64,000 nt of DNA from Acidobacteriota bacterium (GTDB lineage Bacteria > Acidobacteriota > Vicinamibacteria > Vicinamibacterales > UBA2999): NCBI GenBank assembly GCA_030650395.1, contig JAUSDY010000104.1, forward strand, positions 57,071-121,070, in the 5' to 3' direction. A program made the translations under genes and the position numbers. The notes beneath the pieces were generated by a model, which did no database searches, was not told where the DNA came from, and worked only from the letters and a program-made list of their open reading frames with translations. The stretch's first letter is position 1, and every line of letters begins with the position of its first letter. Below are positions 36,886 through 45,177 of the stretch, in pieces.

Positions 36886-37234
36886 ATGAGTTTGGAGAGT
36901 AATCGCGCCAAAGAAGCGCTGACGGAGCTCGTCTCAGAGGCGAAAGGCTACCACGCTCACCTCATCGTCGAGCGAATCGTCGTCAAATATCGACGAGATT
37001 GCATCCACCGAGGCTGAGGCCGGAATCGCTGCGGCGGCAGCCGCAGCTAACAAGGCTGGCGTGACCATCGCCAAGGCGTCAAACTATGTGGCTAGTACGA
37101 GTGCTGCCGTTGCCGAAACGGCTAGGCAGCTTCAGGAGTCGATGGCGGCTGCTAATAAGGATACGAAAGAGGTCGATACAACGCTTCGCGAGATCATCGA
37201 CTTCGTCGACCACCGAGTTGTAAATCGCTCATGA
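36886..37234 (+). pseudogene. Split small helical ORF at the head of the low-GC operon (two frames)
   Basis: Frame A runs from the ATG at 36886 to the TGA at 37017 (43 aa). Frame B is open from 36923 to the TGA at 37232-37234 (Ala-rich helical, ...TLREIIDFVDHRVVNRS). Its only canonical in-frame start before the late ATG is the GTG at 37061. The frame B stop overlaps the next ATG (ATGA). Confidence 0.35.
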
Positions 37235-37665
37235 CGCAGAGCTCGCACCGTCATGACCTGATCATCGGAATGACGTTGGCTGAGGTTTTTCTGCTAGCGT
37301 TCTTGGTAGGGTGGCTTGGGACGCGGAAGGAAATAAGACTCATCACAATCAGTGCTGCTGATCTAAGGCGACAGAACGCCGAGCTCGCCGCGAATCTCGC
37401 TAAGACGCAAGCGGAGCGAGACGAACTACAGAAACGCTATGACGAACTATTAAAGAGCTTGCCTGGTCGAGACCCACGCACTGGCGAATGGATTCGCTTT
37501 GGTGAGAAGCCTAAGTGTAGTGTGGAGGACAACGTCCTGATTCACGCTTCGATGCGAGGAGGAATCGGCGAGGTTCGGCTCTTACAGCACTTCGAATCTT
37601 GGATGACTGACAGCTCGTTTTGCCCAATTCGTCACAGGCAAACCGCAATGCCGCACTGGTGCTAG
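37231..37665 (+). CDS. Membrane-anchored coiled-coil protein (orphan)
   Basis: The 144-aa product has an N-terminal TM helix (LIIGMTLAEVFLLAFLVGWLG) and a coiled-coil segment (LRRQNAELAANLAKTQAERDELQKRYDELLK). G+C is visibly lower than in the flanks. Confidence 0.6.
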   Translation: MTQSSHRHDLIIGMTLAEVFLLAFLVGWLGTRKEIRLITISAADLRRQNAELAANLAKTQAERDELQKRYDELLKSLPGRDPRTGEWIRFGEKPKCSVEDNVLIHASMRGGIGEVRLLQHFESWMTDSSFCPIRHRQTAMPHWC

Positions 37666-37683
37666 GATCAACCCAGTTTCGAT

Positions 37684-38379
37684 ATGGCAACTCCAACCAA
37701 GGCAACGCTCACCGCCATTCAAGGAGAGTTCGAGATAAAGAGCCAATTCTCGAACAACTTCTGGGGTCTGCTACACGACGTTCCGACCTTCTATAACGCC
37801 TTATTGAACAGCTTAGGACGCTTTGGCGTCTCACTATCATCGGTGAGAATCGAAGGCGGTGACGGCACCCTTGGTGGCGTCAATGTCAGCACGTGGCTTG
37901 TCGACTTTGGGTATCTCCTCAAGATTCATATCGACGGCGTAACCCTTAGCTGCCCCCGGACTGATAGAGTGGATTTGAGCGGACTGACGGAGTTGCTGGC
38001 GGCCGTTGACAGTCTTGTGATTGGCCTGACGGATATTCCTTGCTGGCGCTCTCACGTAGCTAGCGTTTCTGTTCATGCCAAGACGTCGGAGAGTCCACGG
38101 GAAATAACGTCGCGATTCGTGAATACTCCCAACTTCCCACCAAAATCGATTGTTGGATCTGGGTTTGTCGTCTATTTCACGCCGAAGGAAAACGTTGCGC
38201 AGTCCGGATTGACCGTTGACTTATCCGCGATCAGCACGGAGGCCCTATTCGTTAAGTACTCGACGACGCTCGTCGGTGACATCGCAATGGCCGCAGTGCC
38301 AACGATGGTTAGTTCTGCGATGTCGACCGCACTGAATTGTGTCGGCTTTGAATTAGCCGACCTTGATGCTCTGATATAG
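37684..38379 (+). CDS. Orphan 231-aa protein
   Basis: It starts 18 nt after the previous stop and I recognised no catalytic motif. The N-terminal pattern AIQGEFEIKSQF faintly recalls the uncharacterised TIGR04255-type families; this is from memory and unverified. Confidence 0.55.
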   Translation: MATPTKATLTAIQGEFEIKSQFSNNFWGLLHDVPTFYNALLNSLGRFGVSLSSVRIEGGDGTLGGVNVSTWLVDFGYLLKIHIDGVTLSCPRTDRVDLSGLTELLAAVDSLVIGLTDIPCWRSHVASVSVHAKTSESPREITSRFVNTPNFPPKSIVGSGFVVYFTPKENVAQSGLTVDLSAISTEALFVKYSTTLVGDIAMAAVPTMVSSAMSTALNCVGFELADLDALI

Positions 38380-38381
38380 CC

Positions 38382-38927
38382 ATGTTGGGACAGTACTTCG
38401 ACCAGGTCACGCCCGGGGTCAGCCGCCCGCGCTTCCGTCGAGAGGCGGAGAGACGTAGCCAATCCTCCGGACCGGCCCGCTCTATCTCTGCGCGACCGTG
38501 GAATACAGGTGTCTTGCGAGTGGTGGTGTCGTCTGGAGAACCATCGCTAGAATGGCGAATTCAAAAACAACGCTCCCAGGAGCAGACTGCGGAGGGTTCG
38601 CTACTACACTCGATTCGCCATCTCTTGGAATCTGGAGAAGTCGAGAAAGCACGTGGAGCCCTAGAAGCAATTGGTGCCGAGACGACAGGGCAAGAGTTCC
38701 TTAGGCTCCGGAGGCTCCTTGGCCGTCCGACCGTCCGCGTTACAGCCGCGAATGAAAGGGACCACGCGGCAGACTTTGCATGGTTGGTCCAACACGCTGG
38801 GAATTATCACGGTCGTTGGGTCGCGCTTGCGAACGGCACGCTGTTGGGTGAAGCGAAGACGCTAGCGGCTCTTAGTGAGCTCATCGCTGCCGCAGCTGAT
38901 AGGCCTCTGGTAATACGGGTCGACTGA
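38382..38927 (+). CDS. Protein with DUF5678-like C-terminal domain
   Basis: It starts 2 nt after the previous stop. The C-terminal segment YHGRWVALANGTLLGEAKTLAALSELIAAAADRPLVIRV matches my recollection of the DUF5678 pattern (unverified). The Arg/Ser-rich N-terminal third makes the start uncertain. Confidence 0.5.
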   Translation: MLGQYFDQVTPGVSRPRFRREAERRSQSSGPARSISARPWNTGVLRVVVSSGEPSLEWRIQKQRSQEQTAEGSLLHSIRHLLESGEVEKARGALEAIGAETTGQEFLRLRRLLGRPTVRVTAANERDHAADFAWLVQHAGNYHGRWVALANGTLLGEAKTLAALSELIAAAADRPLVIRVD

Positions 38928-38929
38928 TC

Positions 38930-39382
38930 GTGCCACTAAACTTTGTCGACGGCAGCGCCTTCAGCGTGGGCCGGGCGCCTTATCTCGATTCGTTGCCAGG
39001 TTTCACCGACCGCTCAGCGAGAATCTGCATCTCAATGCGTGTTGCTGAGTTGAATTTTGATTCAACCGCCATAGTCGACACAGCTGCTCCTTGGTCGATA
39101 ATCGAACCCGAATTGGCCGAGAGTGCCGGCCTTTTGGAGCTCGAAGGAGTAGCGATTCCTATAAAGACTTGGTTCGGAACGGCCAAGGGGAAACTAGTGC
39201 CGGTGGCAATCACGCTTTTGGCCAAGGACGGCGTTCCTCTAAATCTAGAAGCTACGGTCTTCGTAAGCGCTGATTGGCCGAAGGGCTGGAACTTTATCGG
39301 GTACCACGGGTTTCTGGAGCGAATCAGGTTCGCAATCGAACCCTCACCCACCAACTACTTCTACTTCGGCCCAGCGGATTAG
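38930..39382 (+). CDS. Retropepsin-like (clan AA) aspartic-peptidase fold protein with DTA in place of DTG
   Basis: The GTG start is 2 nt after the previous stop. The segment STAIVDTAAPWSII aligns with the hydrophobic-D-T/S-G-A motif, and the C-terminal NFIGYHGFLERIRFAIEP resembles the dimer-interface end of bacterial retropepsin-like proteins. Confidence 0.55.
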   Translation: MPLNFVDGSAFSVGRAPYLDSLPGFTDRSARICISMRVAELNFDSTAIVDTAAPWSIIEPELAESAGLLELEGVAIPIKTWFGTAKGKLVPVAITLLAKDGVPLNLEATVFVSADWPKGWNFIGYHGFLERIRFAIEPSPTNYFYFGPAD

Positions 39383-39423
39383 CTAAATCAGATCCCTCGA
39401 TTGAATGCCGTCGAATTGGCCCG

Positions 39424-40170
39424 TTAGCCACTAATCATCCGCAGCAGACGGCTTACAGGATCGTAGAAACTATCGACGACGCGCTCCTTGAGGGGGATGA
39501 TCGCGTTATCGGTGATGTGAATGTGCTCGGGGCACACCGTGGTGCAGCACTTGGTGATGTTGCAGTAGCCGATGTTGCTCTTGTCCTTGAGGTCGGCCAA
39601 CCGGTCGTCGGTGTCGAGCGGGTGCATCTCGAGCGCCGCCGCGTAGACGAAGAAGCGCGGCCCGATGAACTCTTCGTGCTTGTCGTGGTCGCGCAGCACG
39701 TGGCAGACGTCCTGGCACAGGAAGCACTCGATGCACTTGCGGAATTCCTGGACGCGGTCGATGTCTTGCTGCGCCATCCGCCAGGTGCCGTCGGGGGCAT
39801 CGGGCTTGCGCGGCTTGAACTTCTTCAAGCCTTTCTTGGTGCGGAAGTTCCACGACACGTCGGTCACGAGGTCCTTGATCAGCGGGAACGTGCGCATCGG
39901 CTCCACGGTGACCGGCTCGTCGAGGTTGATCGAATTCAACCGGCTCATGCACATCAGGCGCGGCTTGCCGTTGATTTCGGCGGAGCACGATCCACACTTT
40001 CCCGCTTTGCAGTTCCAGCGGCACGCGAGGTCCGGCGCCTGCTCCGCCTGGATCTTGTGCACCGCGTCGAGCACGACCATGCCTTCGGAGATTTCGGTCG
40101 TGTAGTTCTTGAACGCGCCGGCGCCCCCGCCGGGCTCGCTTCTCCAGATGCGAAAGGTGGCCTGGCTCAC
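39424..40170 (-). CDS. sdhB: Succinate dehydrogenase / fumarate reductase iron-sulfur subunit
   Basis: Cys clusters are present (CRWNCKAGKCGSC; CIECFLCQDVC; CNITKCCTTVCP). Confidence 0.9.
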   Translation of the reverse strand: MSQATFRIWRSEPGGGAGAFKNYTTEISEGMVVLDAVHKIQAEQAPDLACRWNCKAGKCGSCSAEINGKPRLMCMSRLNSINLDEPVTVEPMRTFPLIKDLVTDVSWNFRTKKGLKKFKPRKPDAPDGTWRMAQQDIDRVQEFRKCIECFLCQDVCHVLRDHDKHEEFIGPRFFVYAAALEMHPLDTDDRLADLKDKSNIGYCNITKCCTTVCPEHIHITDNAIIPLKERVVDSFYDPVSRLLRMISG

Positions 40171-41984
40171 TGCTTCTGCTCCTCGATGACTTGCTTCAAC
40201 TCGGGCGGAATCTCCGCGAGCGGCACGCGCGAGACCGTCATCGACCCGTCCGGCTGCCGTTTCGTCGCGATATTGAATGTGCCGAACTCAGCCACCTTGT
40301 CGGGATAGTCGTCGCGGAAGTGGCCGCCGCGGCTTTCTCTCCGTTCGATCGCCGACCGCGCAATCGTTTCGGACACGTCGAGCAGGTTCCGCAGGTCGAT
40401 ACAGGTGTGCCAGCCCGAGTTGTACTCGCGGTGGCCTTCGATGCCCACACGGGCCGCACGCTCGTTGAACGCGGCCAGCTTCTTGATCGCCTCCTGCATT
40501 TCGCTCTCGGTGCGCACGATGCCGACGAGGGCCTGCATGGTCTCCTGCAGGTCCTGCTGCACCTTGTAGGGGTTCTCGCCCGACGCGCCACGCTCGAACG
40601 GCGCCAGCGACGCCTTGATCGATCGCTCCACCGCGCCGTCGTCCACTTTGGGCGGGGCGCCTTTGCGGGCGTGCTGCGCGGCATACTCTCCCGCGCGCTT
40701 GCCGAAGACGATCAGGTCCGACAGCGAGTTGCCGCCCAGGCGGTTCGCGCCGTTGATGCCGGCGGCGCATTCGCCCGCGGCGAACAATCCCGGAATGGTG
40801 GACTCCTGCGAATCAGCGTCGACCTTGATGCCGCCCATGACGTAGTGCGTGGTCGGTCCGATCTCCATCGGTTCCTTGGTGATGTCGAGATCGGCCAGCT
40901 CCTTGAACTGGTGGTACATGCTCGGGAGCTTGCGCTTGATGTGCTCCTCGGCGTTGGGAATCCGCTCCTTGATCCAGGCGATGTCGAGGAAGACGCCGCC
41001 GTGCGGCGAGCCGCGCCCGGCCTTCACTTCGCGCCGGATGCAGCGGGCGACGTGGTCGCGCGTCAGCAGCTCGGGCGGCCGCCGGGCGGTCTTGTCGTGC
41101 ATCACGTAGCGCCAGCCCTCTTCCTCGTCGGCCGCCGTCTGCGGTTTGTAGTTGTCGGGGATGTCGTCGAACATGAAGCGGCGGCCTTCGCTGTTGCGCA
41201 GCACGCCGCCTTCGCCGCGCACGCCCTCGGTCACCAGTAGGCCGCGTACGCTCGGCGGCCAGACCATGCCCGTCGGGTGGAACTGGACGAACTCCATGTC
41301 GATCAACTGGGCGCCGGCGCGGTAGGCCAGGGCGTGGCCGTCGCCGGTGCCTTCCCAGCTGTTGCTGGTGATCTGGTAGGCGCGGCCGATGCCCCCGGTC
41401 GCCAGGACGATGGCCTTGGCGGAAAACACGTGGAAGCGACCGCGCTCCCGGTCGTAGGCCAGCACGCCGGCGGCGCGGCCGCCGTCGAGGATGACCTCGA
41501 TCACGGTGTGCTCCATGTGCACCGTAACGCCTAGATAAGTCGTGTGGTCTTGCAGGGTGCGAATCAGCTCGAGGCCGGTGCGATCGCCGACGTGCGCCAG
41601 GCGCGGATAGCGATGCCCGCCGAAGTTGCGCTGGTTGATGCGGCCATCGGGCGTTCGGTCGAAGACCGCGCCCCAGCCTTCGAGCTCGCGGACCCGATCG
41701 GGCGCTTCCTTCGCGTGGATCTCGGCCATGCGCCAGTTGTTGACGTACTGCCCGCCGCGCATGGTGTCGGCGAAATGCACCTTCCAGCTGTCGCGGTCGT
41801 CGTTGTGCGCCATCGCCGCGGCCATGCCGCCTTCGGCCATCACCGTGTGCGCTTTGCCGAGCAGGGATTTGCAGATCAGGCCGACGGTGACGCCGCTGTT
41901 GGCGGCTTCGATGGCGGCGCGCAGTCCCGCGCCGCCCGCGCCGATGACGAGGACGTCGTACGAATATGTCGTATGCGCCGCCAT
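40167..41984 (-). CDS. sdhA: Succinate dehydrogenase / fumarate reductase flavoprotein subunit
   Basis: The 605-aa product starts at MAAHTTYSYDVLVIGAGGAGLRAA and has the FAD-binding motifs HPTG and RGEGG. The longer track ORF to 42551 overlaps sdhC and is rejected. Confidence 0.93.
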   Translation of the reverse strand: MAAHTTYSYDVLVIGAGGAGLRAAIEAANSGVTVGLICKSLLGKAHTVMAEGGMAAAMAHNDDRDSWKVHFADTMRGGQYVNNWRMAEIHAKEAPDRVRELEGWGAVFDRTPDGRINQRNFGGHRYPRLAHVGDRTGLELIRTLQDHTTYLGVTVHMEHTVIEVILDGGRAAGVLAYDRERGRFHVFSAKAIVLATGGIGRAYQITSNSWEGTGDGHALAYRAGAQLIDMEFVQFHPTGMVWPPSVRGLLVTEGVRGEGGVLRNSEGRRFMFDDIPDNYKPQTAADEEEGWRYVMHDKTARRPPELLTRDHVARCIRREVKAGRGSPHGGVFLDIAWIKERIPNAEEHIKRKLPSMYHQFKELADLDITKEPMEIGPTTHYVMGGIKVDADSQESTIPGLFAAGECAAGINGANRLGGNSLSDLIVFGKRAGEYAAQHARKGAPPKVDDGAVERSIKASLAPFERGASGENPYKVQQDLQETMQALVGIVRTESEMQEAIKKLAAFNERAARVGIEGHREYNSGWHTCIDLRNLLDVSETIARSAIERRESRGGHFRDDYPDKVAEFGTFNIATKRQPDGSMTVSRVPLAEIPPELKQVIEEQKQ

Positions 41985-42787
41985 CAGATAATCCTCAGGT
42001 CGGTCCAGATCCCCATCGAGCAGAGGCGGACGTAGACATCGGCAAACATGACCGAGAACAGGCTGCACCACGCGAACAACTGGTGGCGATTGTTCAGGCT
42101 GCTGGAGCAGGAATAGCAGGCGTCGCTGATGGCCGATTTCGAGATCTCGTCCTTGCGGCCGCCCACGAGATGGCGCATCGAGTGGCAGCCGAGCGTGTAG
42201 CTGCTCAGCAACACGACGTTGACGAGCAGCACAATCGTGCCGACGCCGATGCCGAAGCGCTCCTGACCCGTGGCGGGATCGGCGAACCACATCGCCTTCC
42301 AGACGTCGTACGACAGCATGAAGAGAAACGCCACCGCGGCGTACAGAAAATAGCGATGGATGTTCTGCATGATCAGCGGGAACGAGTTCTCGCCGAGATA
42401 GCCCTGGCGAGGCTCGCCCACCGCGCACGACGGCGGATCGGCCCAGAACGACTTGTAGTAAGCCCCTCGGTAGTAATAACAGGTGAAGCGGAACCCGCCG
42501 GGGAACGGGAGGATCAGCAGCGCCGGCGAGAACGGCAGCAGCCCCGGCCACCAGCCGGGCTTAGGGCCGAACCACGAGTGAGGTGAGTCGCCCCACAATT
42601 CCGGCGCGTAGAACGGCGAGAGGTACGGTCCGAAATGATAATGCTCGCCCTGGAAGGCCGCCCAGGTCGCGTAACCGATGAAAGCTGAGAGTCCGAGAAA
42701 AACACCGAGTGGCGCCGCCCACCACGTATCGCGCCGGGCTGTCTGCCCGAAGCCACGGTGGACGGCCGTAACCGGGATTACCTGCAT
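41984..42787 (-). CDS. sdhC: Succinate dehydrogenase / fumarate reductase membrane anchor (single large subunit)
   Basis: The 267-aa polytopic protein lies directly upstream of sdhA, with a 1-nt overlap (TGATG). The C-A-B gene order and anchor size recall the mycobacterial Sdh1-type locus (from memory). Confidence 0.6.
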   Translation of the reverse strand: MQVIPVTAVHRGFGQTARRDTWWAAPLGVFLGLSAFIGYATWAAFQGEHYHFGPYLSPFYAPELWGDSPHSWFGPKPGWWPGLLPFSPALLILPFPGGFRFTCYYYRGAYYKSFWADPPSCAVGEPRQGYLGENSFPLIMQNIHRYFLYAAVAFLFMLSYDVWKAMWFADPATGQERFGIGVGTIVLLVNVVLLSSYTLGCHSMRHLVGGRKDEISKSAISDACYSCSSSLNNRHQLFAWCSLFSVMFADVYVRLCSMGIWTDLRII

Positions 42788-42899
42788 GAAGGCCGCCTTC
42801 GAGAATACTGCGTGTATATGACGGCATAACGATATCTGGACATCACCCAGATATCAACTTCCAGCAGATCTAGCGGAGTATGTGGTCGCGCTCAACGAG

Positions 42900-44942
42900 T
42901 CATGGCTGCGGCGGGATGCTCGACAGCGCGATCGGCGCGACGACGAGGCCTGTCGACGTATGCAGCGGGCAGGCGTCCGGCGAGCGGCCGATGCCCACCA
43001 TGTCGCCGTAGACCTCGCCGTATAACTCGCAGTACTCCGTCGCCAGTCCGCCCGATTCCTTGCAGCGGCGAATGTGCGTGATGCCGGCAGGCGCGGTAAT
43101 CCAGTCGGGCTTATTGTCGGTCGTCGCTTGCTTCATGAAGCCGGCCCACGCCGGCACGGCGACCACGCTGGCAAACCCGCGGCGCATGATTTGCTGCGGA
43201 CGGTCGTACCCCATCCACACGCCGGCGGCCAGGTTCGGCGTGAAGCCGACGAACCACGCGTCGTTGTGATCGTCGGTCGAGCCGGTCTTGCCGCCCGCCG
43301 GCAAGCTGAACCCCGCGGTGCGAGCGCCATAGGCCGTGCCGTGATCCACCACGTCGGCCAGCATCGAGGCCATCAGGAACGCGGTGGTTTCGCTCAGCAC
43401 GCGATGCCCTTCGGATTCAGCGCGATAGAGCACGCGGCCGTCGGCGTCTTCGACGCGGCGGATAAACGTCGGCGGCTGCAGGATGCCGCCATTCGCGAAT
43501 ACCGTGTATGCCGACGTCAGGTTGAGCAGGCTGACCTCGCCGGTGCCAAGCGCCAGTGACGGCACGGCGGGCATCGAGTCGAGGCCCATGCGGGCGGCAA
43601 GGTCGATCGTCGGCCGCAGGCCGACGCGCTGCAACAGGTGAACGGCGGCGCGATTGCTCGAGTGCACCAGCGCCGAGCGCAGCGTGGTCGATTCCATCTC
43701 GTGCTCGCCGCCCGGGAGATACGCGCCCTGGAACGACGCCACCGACTCTTCGAGACCGCCGATGGTCGTGCCCGGCGAATACCCGGCTTCGAGCGCCGCG
43801 GCAAACACGAACGGCTTGAAGGCGGAGCCAGGCTGCCGCTTCGCGTCGGTGGCGCGATTGAACGGGCTTTCCACAAAATTACGGCCGCCGACCATGGCGC
43901 GGACAAAACCGGTCGAGGGCTCGATGGCGACCAGCGCCGCCTGCAGCGGCTCGCCTTGAACGCGGCGTTTGTCGAGCTCGGCCAGGCGCTTGAGAACCGC
44001 CTGTTCGGCGAATCGCTGCACGTCGGAATCGAGCGTGGTGTAAACGCGCAGTCCGCCGGTCAGCACTTTTTCGATGCCGAACTGCTCGTACAGCATTTGC
44101 GTGACGGTGTCGACGAAGTACGGCCCGCCATTCGCCTTGGCCGGGTCCTGCGCCGAACGCGTCGCCGCTGAGGAAAGGGTCGCGGCCACGGGAATCACGA
44201 CGCTGCTCGCGTAGACGCCCGGATCGAGCAGCCCCTCTTGCAACATCTCCTGCAGCACCCAATCGCGGCGCTCCCGGACGCGCGCCGGCGTGCGGCGCAA
44301 TCCGTAGCCTGACGGCCGATTGATCAAGGCCGCCAGCGTTGCGCCTTCGGTCGCGTTCAGTTGCGATGCCGGCTTGCCGAAGTAGCCGCGCGACGCGGCT
44401 TCGACGCCGTAATAGCCGTCGCCGAGATAGACGCGGTTGAGATAGGCCTGAAGGATCTCGTTCTTGCCGAAGCGCGTTTCCAGCTCCGCCGCCAGCCACG
44501 CCTCACGGATCTTACGGCTGAAGGTCTTCGTCCGATCCAGGAACGCGCCCCGCACGAACTGCTGGGTGATGGTGCTGCCGCCCTCGACGATGCGCCCCTG
44601 CCGGAGGTTCGCGACGGTCGAGCCGGCGATGCGCCTGAAGTCGACGCCGGTGTGCTGGTAGAAGCGGCGGTCTTCGGTCACCAGCACCGCGTTGACGAGG
44701 TGGCCGGAGATCTGCTCGAGCGCTACCGGGATGCGATGCTCGCGGTAGAGCGCCGAGATGGCTCGATCCTTCGAGTCGAAGATAACCGTGGATTGCGGGC
44801 CCGAGTCCAGGGTGAATCGCTCGCTGACGGCGTCAACGTCCTGGTGAATCTGCCAAACGACGTAAACCGCGGCTCCGGCGCCCACCAGCACGAGCATGAG
44901 CAGGACACGAAGCGCGTTGCGGAGTGAAAACAGTGCATACAT
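42900..44942 (-). CDS. Penicillin-binding protein 1A family (glycosyltransferase plus transpeptidase)
   Basis: It has an N-terminal TM helix, GT51 motifs (EDRRFYQHTGVD, GGSTITQQ) and transpeptidase motifs (SAFKP, SSN, KTGST). Confidence 0.92.
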   Translation of the reverse strand: MYALFSLRNALRVLLMLVLVGAGAAVYVVWQIHQDVDAVSERFTLDSGPQSTVIFDSKDRAISALYREHRIPVALEQISGHLVNAVLVTEDRRFYQHTGVDFRRIAGSTVANLRQGRIVEGGSTITQQFVRGAFLDRTKTFSRKIREAWLAAELETRFGKNEILQAYLNRVYLGDGYYGVEAASRGYFGKPASQLNATEGATLAALINRPSGYGLRRTPARVRERRDWVLQEMLQEGLLDPGVYASSVVIPVAATLSSAATRSAQDPAKANGGPYFVDTVTQMLYEQFGIEKVLTGGLRVYTTLDSDVQRFAEQAVLKRLAELDKRRVQGEPLQAALVAIEPSTGFVRAMVGGRNFVESPFNRATDAKRQPGSAFKPFVFAAALEAGYSPGTTIGGLEESVASFQGAYLPGGEHEMESTTLRSALVHSSNRAAVHLLQRVGLRPTIDLAARMGLDSMPAVPSLALGTGEVSLLNLTSAYTVFANGGILQPPTFIRRVEDADGRVLYRAESEGHRVLSETTAFLMASMLADVVDHGTAYGARTAGFSLPAGGKTGSTDDHNDAWFVGFTPNLAAGVWMGYDRPQQIMRRGFASVVAVPAWAGFMKQATTDNKPDWITAPAGITHIRRCKESGGLATEYCELYGEVYGDMVGIGRSPDACPLHTSTGLVVAPIALSSIPPQP

Positions 44943-44988
44943 ATCGTTCGCTCTGCCACGAGACAGAGCAAAGGCGATGCCGACAAAA

Positions 44989-45070
44989 CCAGGGTGCCAA
45001 GGGCAAGAACCAGGGTGCCAGGGGTGCGTACGGTGCCTGGGGTGCCAATAGGAGGGTGCCTAGGTGTTGA
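44989..45070. repeat. GGTGCC-rich repeat cluster
   Basis: There are multiple GGTGCC words. The 24-mer GGTGCGTACGGTGCCTGGGGTGCC (45023-45046) matches 4879-4902 at 23 of 24 positions. Confidence 0.85.
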
Positions 45071-45177
45071 AAGTGCACTTTTGAACGGTGCCCATCACGC
45101 CAACCCGAGCGCTGGCGCGCTTCGCGCGCACCGTAGCTGAGCCAGCGGATCAGCAGGCTTCCGCTATGGCTGCTTGC

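Noticed and set aside
41985-42551. N-terminal extension of sdhA, giving the 794-aa track ORF.
   Set aside because: It overlaps sdhC in another frame. The canonical flavoprotein N-terminus (YDVLVIGAGGAG) begins just after the Met at 41984.
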